Shown one piece after another: positions 25,556-29,684 of a DNA stretch of 29,684 bases. A program made the position numbers and the translations under genes. Below the pieces are notes generated by a model that was given only the letters and a program-made list of their open reading frames with translations, searched no databases and was not told the DNA's origin. Positions within the stretch are counted from its first letter, which is position 1. Each line of letters begins with the position of its first letter. The stretch is from a virus (taxonomy: Duplodnaviria > Caudoviricetes), in the IMG/VR virus record IMGVR_UViG_3300020227_000083, positions 1 to 29,684 of that record, one strand, 5' to 3'.

Positions 25556-27180
25556 TTACTTTTCCAATTTCCTAATTCTTTTCCTTTTTTCAATAATATC
25601 ATCATCAAATCTTTCTCTTTGTGAATCCATGTATTCTTGCATTCTATGTTTATTCGGTGTTAGCGTTAATCCTAAATATTTACGTTCTTTATTCGCATCT
25701 TTATAAAAACTGACCATCATACAGAGGATAATTACCGAGAATGGTAAAGCAGTCATAATAGCCATGTTTTGTAATGCGTTCAAACCATCATTTCCACCTG
25801 AGAAAAGTAAAATAAATGCGATAAGTGCTTGGGCAATACCCCAAATGACTTTAACTATTGCTGAAGGGTTTAATGAACCATATGTACTTTGCATACCTAA
25901 AACAAAAGTTGCTGAATCAGCCGACGTAATAAAGAATACTGCTATTAATACTAGAGTGATGATTGATAGTATAAAACCTAATGGAATTTCATTAAAAACT
26001 CCAAACAAGGCCGTTTCTGGTGGCATATTAAAGATTTTTGGATGATCCTTAGCTGTTTCAATACCTAATACGCCAAATGCTGCAAACCATACTAAACTAA
26101 CAAGCACCGGCGCTAACATAACACCCGAAACAAATTCTCTTATTGAACGACCTTTTGAAACACGAGCAATAAATATACCAACGAATGGACTCCAACTGAT
26201 CCACCAAGCTAATTGGAAGAACGTCCATTGTGTCATCCAATTATTTTTTTGTGAATCTAAAGGCGCCGTATCAAACATATTAAATAAAAACGTGTTTAAA
26301 TAGTCTCCTGTTGCGCTTGTAAGCATATTTAAAATTAAAACAGTAGGACCTACGATTAAAATAAATAACAGGATAATACCAGCCAAGCCTATATTGGCAT
26401 TACTTAAATATTGTATACCTCTATTTAAACCTGACCAAGCACTTGCTAAGAAAAGAATTGTTACAATTACAATTATAAGGCCTTGAGTTAAAATGTTATT
26501 TGGTATTCCAAATAAATAGTTAAGACCACCAGCTATCTGCAGAGCACCTAGCCCTAATGAAACAGCGACACCTCCGACAGTAGCAAAAACTGAAATAACA
26601 TCTATAAGGGTACCAAGTGGTCCTTCTACTTTACTTCCGAATATAGGACGTAAAGTTCTTGAAATCAATGCTGGTTCATTTTTTCTAAATTGGAAATACG
26701 CTAATGCTAGAGCAACTACACCATAAACACCCCATGCATGAAATCCCCATTGCATAAAAGCACCTCTTAAAGCTTCTGTATAAGCATGTGCAGTTTTAGG
26801 GTCTCCTGTAGGCGGTGATGCAAAGTGGCTAATCGGTTCAGCTGCTCCCCAGAAAACTAAACCAATACCCATTCCAGCACTAAATAACATAGCAAACCAT
26901 GAAATTGTGTTGAATTCAGGTTTATCTCCCGGTTTTCCTAATTTTAGTTTCCCAATCGGACTAAACATCAAGAAAACACAGAAAAATATCATAATAGCGA
27001 CAATAACCATATAATACCACCCGAAGTATTCAGTTATCCAACCTGTAATATTAGTACCTATATTATTAAATTGAGTAGGAAATGCTGCTCCTAACAATAC
27101 TACGGCAGCTATAATAATAAGGCTAAAGATAAAAACTGAAGAAAGTTTTTCCCGCTAAATTTATAATCTTTATTTTCCAA
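25556..27180 (-). pseudogene. BCCT-family (OpuD-like) betaine/choline transporter with a 1-nt frameshift near the 5' end
   Basis: WFAMLFSAGMGIGLVFWG, WGFHAW, FIARVSKGRSIREF, FITSADS. TTG 27180 after GGGAGGG; span 1625 nt; one extra A at 27146-27150 restores the frame. Confidence 0.85.
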
Positions 27181-27550
27181 ATAATGTCCCTCCCTATAAT
27201 TTAACACTTAGCAGAATAACAAAGTTTAGAAAATAAAACAACAGTATGATTTCTAATTCTTACACAGTATGATTGCCAGAACGTTTGAAAATAATGTCAT
27301 GTATTTATAAGATTGATATAGAAACAATCCGAATTCCTACGTAAAAGTTTCAAAAAAGTTGGCATCAATTATAAATATCAGAACTCTAATATTTATTCGA
27401 ATGATTATACTTTATCATTAGCCAAACAATTAAAAAGGACAGACACATAAGTGGCTGTCCTGAACTAAATTAACTAATAATATACCGCCTTAAGAGAGGT
27501 CTCTATACTATTAATAACTGACAATCTATTTACTTTGGATACTTAAAAAA

Positions 27551-28948
27551 TTAATTATTTTTGTTATTATACCACCAAAGAGAATCTTTTGGATTTTCAA
27601 CAGCTATTTTAAATTCTTTCTCATTAGAAACTGTTGGATAGGATCCTTTTAGTGATTGTTTTGAAGTATCTCTAAACAAAAGACTTACAACAACAAGGCC
27701 GATAATACTAACTATTAACCAATAAAATCCTGGCGCAAGATTATTACCAGTTCGGTGTACTAGCCATGTTGCCACTAATGGAGTTGTCCCCCCAAATACC
27801 GAAACTGAAATATTAAATGTCCAAGAAAGTGTTCTATACCTAACATTAGTAAAGAACAATGTGGGTAATGTACCTGGCATTGTACCTTCATAAACTGATA
27901 ATACAATACCAATCATTAAGAGTCCTATAAATAGAAATGCAAGACTACCCATATTTAAGAATTGGAATGAAATAACTGAAAATACAATTCCCAAAATCAA
28001 TCCAAAAGTAATGATTTTTTTATTACCAATCTTGTCACCTAATCGGCCAAACATAATTGCAAATGGCAACATAATAATTAATACAATAGCCGTAATTGGT
28101 GTACTAATTGTATCTTTGATACCTACATTTTCATCTAAATATGATGGCATATAGCCAAGCAATAGATAATTTGTAATGTTAAAGAAAGCAACAAATACTA
28201 CACATAATAAAATATCACGTTTGTTATCTTTCATTATTTGTAAAACGCCTGGCACTTCGTCTTTATTATCTGTTAAATCATTTTCAAAAATAGGTGATTC
28301 TTCTAAATGCGTTCTTAAATACAATCCAAATAGTCCAATAGGAATACTGATGAAGAATGGTATTCTCCATCCCCAACTTTCCATACCACTACTTGGTATT
28401 AACCAAAACATTACTGTCACTAATACAGAAGCGAGAATATAACCAGATAATGTACCTAATTCAAGACCACTTCCTAATCTAATACGCTTATTATCTGGTG
28501 AAGATTCAGCTATATATACCATTGCACCTGCATACTCTCCACCAACTGAAAAACCTTGTAAAATACGAGCAATGAGTAAAATTATTGGTGCCCATATTCC
28601 AATTTGATCATATGTAGGTAATATACCAATTAAAAACGTTGAGAACGCCATTAATATAATCGTAGTTGTTAATACGACCTTTCGTCCATATTTATCTCCG
28701 ATTTTACCAAAAAATATACCTCCGACAGGTCTTAGTAAAAATGCAATTGCAAAAGTTGCGAATGTAAAAATTAATTTGATTTCATCATTGTCAACTTGGC
28801 TAAAAAAGTTCTTACTTATAATCACTGCCAAATATGAATACAAAGCAAAATCAAACCATTCCATAGCATTTCCAATACCAGTAGCAAAAACACTTTTTTT
28901 GGCCTGGTTAATGTCTACAGTGTTAATTTTCCTTTTATTAAACTTCAT
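27551..28948 (-). CDS. proP: ProP-like proline/betaine MFS transporter (465 aa)
   Basis: [14 protein letters not shown]...[33 protein letters not shown]; ATG 28948 after GAGGAGG. Confidence 0.9.
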   Translation of the reverse strand: MKFNKRKINTVDINQAKKSVFATGIGNAMEWFDFALYSYLAVIISKNFFSQVDNDEIKLIFTFATFAIAFLLRPVGGIFFGKIGDKYGRKVVLTTTIILMAFSTFLIGILPTYDQIGIWAPIILLIARILQGFSVGGEYAGAMVYIAESSPDNKRIRLGSGLELGTLSGYILASVLVTVMFWLIPSSGMESWGWRIPFFISIPIGLFGLYLRTHLEESPIFENDLTDNKDEVPGVLQIMKDNKRDILLCVVFVAFFNITNYLLLGYMPSYLDENVGIKDTISTPITAIVLIIMLPFAIMFGRLGDKIGNKKIITFGLILGIVFSVISFQFLNMGSLAFLFIGLLMIGIVLSVYEGTMPGTLPTLFFTNVRYRTLSWTFNISVSVFGGTTPLVATWLVHRTGNNLAPGFYWLIVSIIGLVVVSLLFRDTSKQSLKGSYPTVSNEKEFKIAVENPKDSLWWYNNKNN

Positions 28949-29085
28949 GAACATTTCCTCCTCATCATATTCGGTAGTATACATAAATGGTCGAATCAAG
29001 TCAAATTTGATTATAATTGAAGTTTCTATTATCAATAATAAGTTAATATGCATAATTACTTTATTTAAAAACTATAAAATTTTAT

Positions 29086-29390
29086 AAAAAAAAGACAGTC
29101 GAATTAACGACTGCCTAACTATTAAGGAAGTTTCTCTATTGCCAGAAACTAACAAAAGTATATCATATAAATAAAAAATAACCACCTAAAAGGTGGCAGT
29201 CATGTAAAAATAAAATTCCCTATTGAAACTATGCCTCTATTCAATAGTTGTTTACCAATATATCATAAAAAACACCCCGTAAAGGGGTGCACATATAACT
29301 TAGCGAAAATAGGTAAATTGGAGTATACCCATTGTAAATTTACCCGATTAATTTATATTTAATCTTACAAAATTATCTTAGTTATAATAT
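29086..29390 (-). ncRNA. Candidate array of three short promoter-hairpin-terminator units
   Basis: TGATATATT (29257-65) and TGATATACT (29157-65) lie exactly 100 bp apart; terminators at 29273-89, 29181-96 and 29094-115. Confidence 0.45.
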
Positions 29391-29391
29391 T

Positions 29392-29684
29392 TTAACTAAA
29401 GGCTCCCCACGCATCTCCTATTCTGCTACCATTTCCATTTGAGTCACCGATTGGCATATAAACACGAGCCCCACTATCTACAGTCCATGCAATCCAAATA
29501 TAACCATCAAAGTCGTATACTTCGTCATAGTTTACAGATTGACCTGCATATAACATGCCTGCAATTTCCCAACCTGTCCATGGTCCGTTATATCTTGTGT
29601 AGATATTAGAATTCGCTGTAAATGTTCCGTTTTCAGGTTTCCACAAAATATTATGTTGATTTCTACGCCATTTATTACCGACTT
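29392..29684 (-). CDS. Endolysin C-terminal SH3b (SH3_5) cell-wall-binding domain (5' part outside the window)
   Basis: WRRNQHNILWKPENGTFT...GQSVNYDEV..DGYIWI...RVYMPI...WGAFS. Confidence 0.9.
   Translation of the reverse strand, partial: VGNKWRRNQHNILWKPENGTFTANSNIYTRYNGPWTGWEIAGMLYAGQSVNYDEVYDFDGYIWIAWTVDSGARVYMPIGDSNGNGSRIGDAWGAFS

Larger units (their letters stand above)
1..29684. mobile_element. Staphylococcal temperate siphophage genome segment spanning attP (cos-type head module, phi11-like integrase)
   Basis: Canonical module order lysis-cargo-att-int-cI/cro-replication-packaging-head; no host housekeeping genes. Confidence 0.95.

Noticed and set aside
266-28442. Numerous opposite-strand or nested ORFs in the track (e.g. 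266-505, 3971-4234, 5072-5470, 7451-7870, 14241-14570, 18140-18457, 22745-22999, 25764-26045, 28176-28442)
   Set aside because: They are shadows of well-supported genes, with no convincing SD or motifs.
29267-29295. CACCCCG-TAAA-GGGG resembles the stem of the staphylococcal type III-A CRISPR repeat (possible solitary repeat/RNA anti-CRISPR)
   Set aside because: Only the CCCC/GGGG stem matches, the flanks differ, and it has a terminator U tract on the minus strand. No repeat-spacer array exists in the window.
20770-29390. Interpreting the transporters and ParA as host chromosome beyond the prophage end
   Set aside because: The region is bounded by an attP with both arms and by an endolysin, includes phage-typical yolD/HTH genes, and no host gene continues from the att core.

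Overview
AT-rich temperate siphophage DNA of a staphylococcal type, probably from a coagulase-negative Staphylococcus (inferred from protein style; the species cannot be fixed). Read right to left on the minus strand, the window holds: the endolysin C-terminus (SH3b); an ~8.6 kb cargo region (ProP-like MFS, frameshifted BCCT/OpuD-like transporter, a coupled ParA + unknown + HEPN-like three-gene operon, a membrane-anchored protein, LexA-boxed yolD, a type I TA-like peptide locus, an HTH gene and a P-loop kinase-like gene); an intact attP; a phi11-like (Sa5int-type) tyrosine integrase and lysogeny module on the + strand; the cro/rha/xis, recombination and replication genes (ERF, SSB, Rep, DnaC, Sri, RusA, Dut, RinB, RinA); and a cos-type head module (HNH, TerS, TerL, portal, Clp protease). 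Phage DNA lies on both sides of att and no host DNA is seen, so this is an excised/circular genome or a tandem-prophage junction. Best leads: (1) the ParA/unknown/HEPN-like operon as a candidate defence or partition system; (2) two triplets of stacked ~90-100 bp promoter-hairpin-terminator units that look like small-RNA arrays; (3) an attP carrying a replacement 5' end for the target gene; (4) a type I TA-like locus with convergent promoters and a sequestered SD; (5) two osmoprotectant transporters carried as phage cargo. Family names are from motif recognition and memory; no searches were run.
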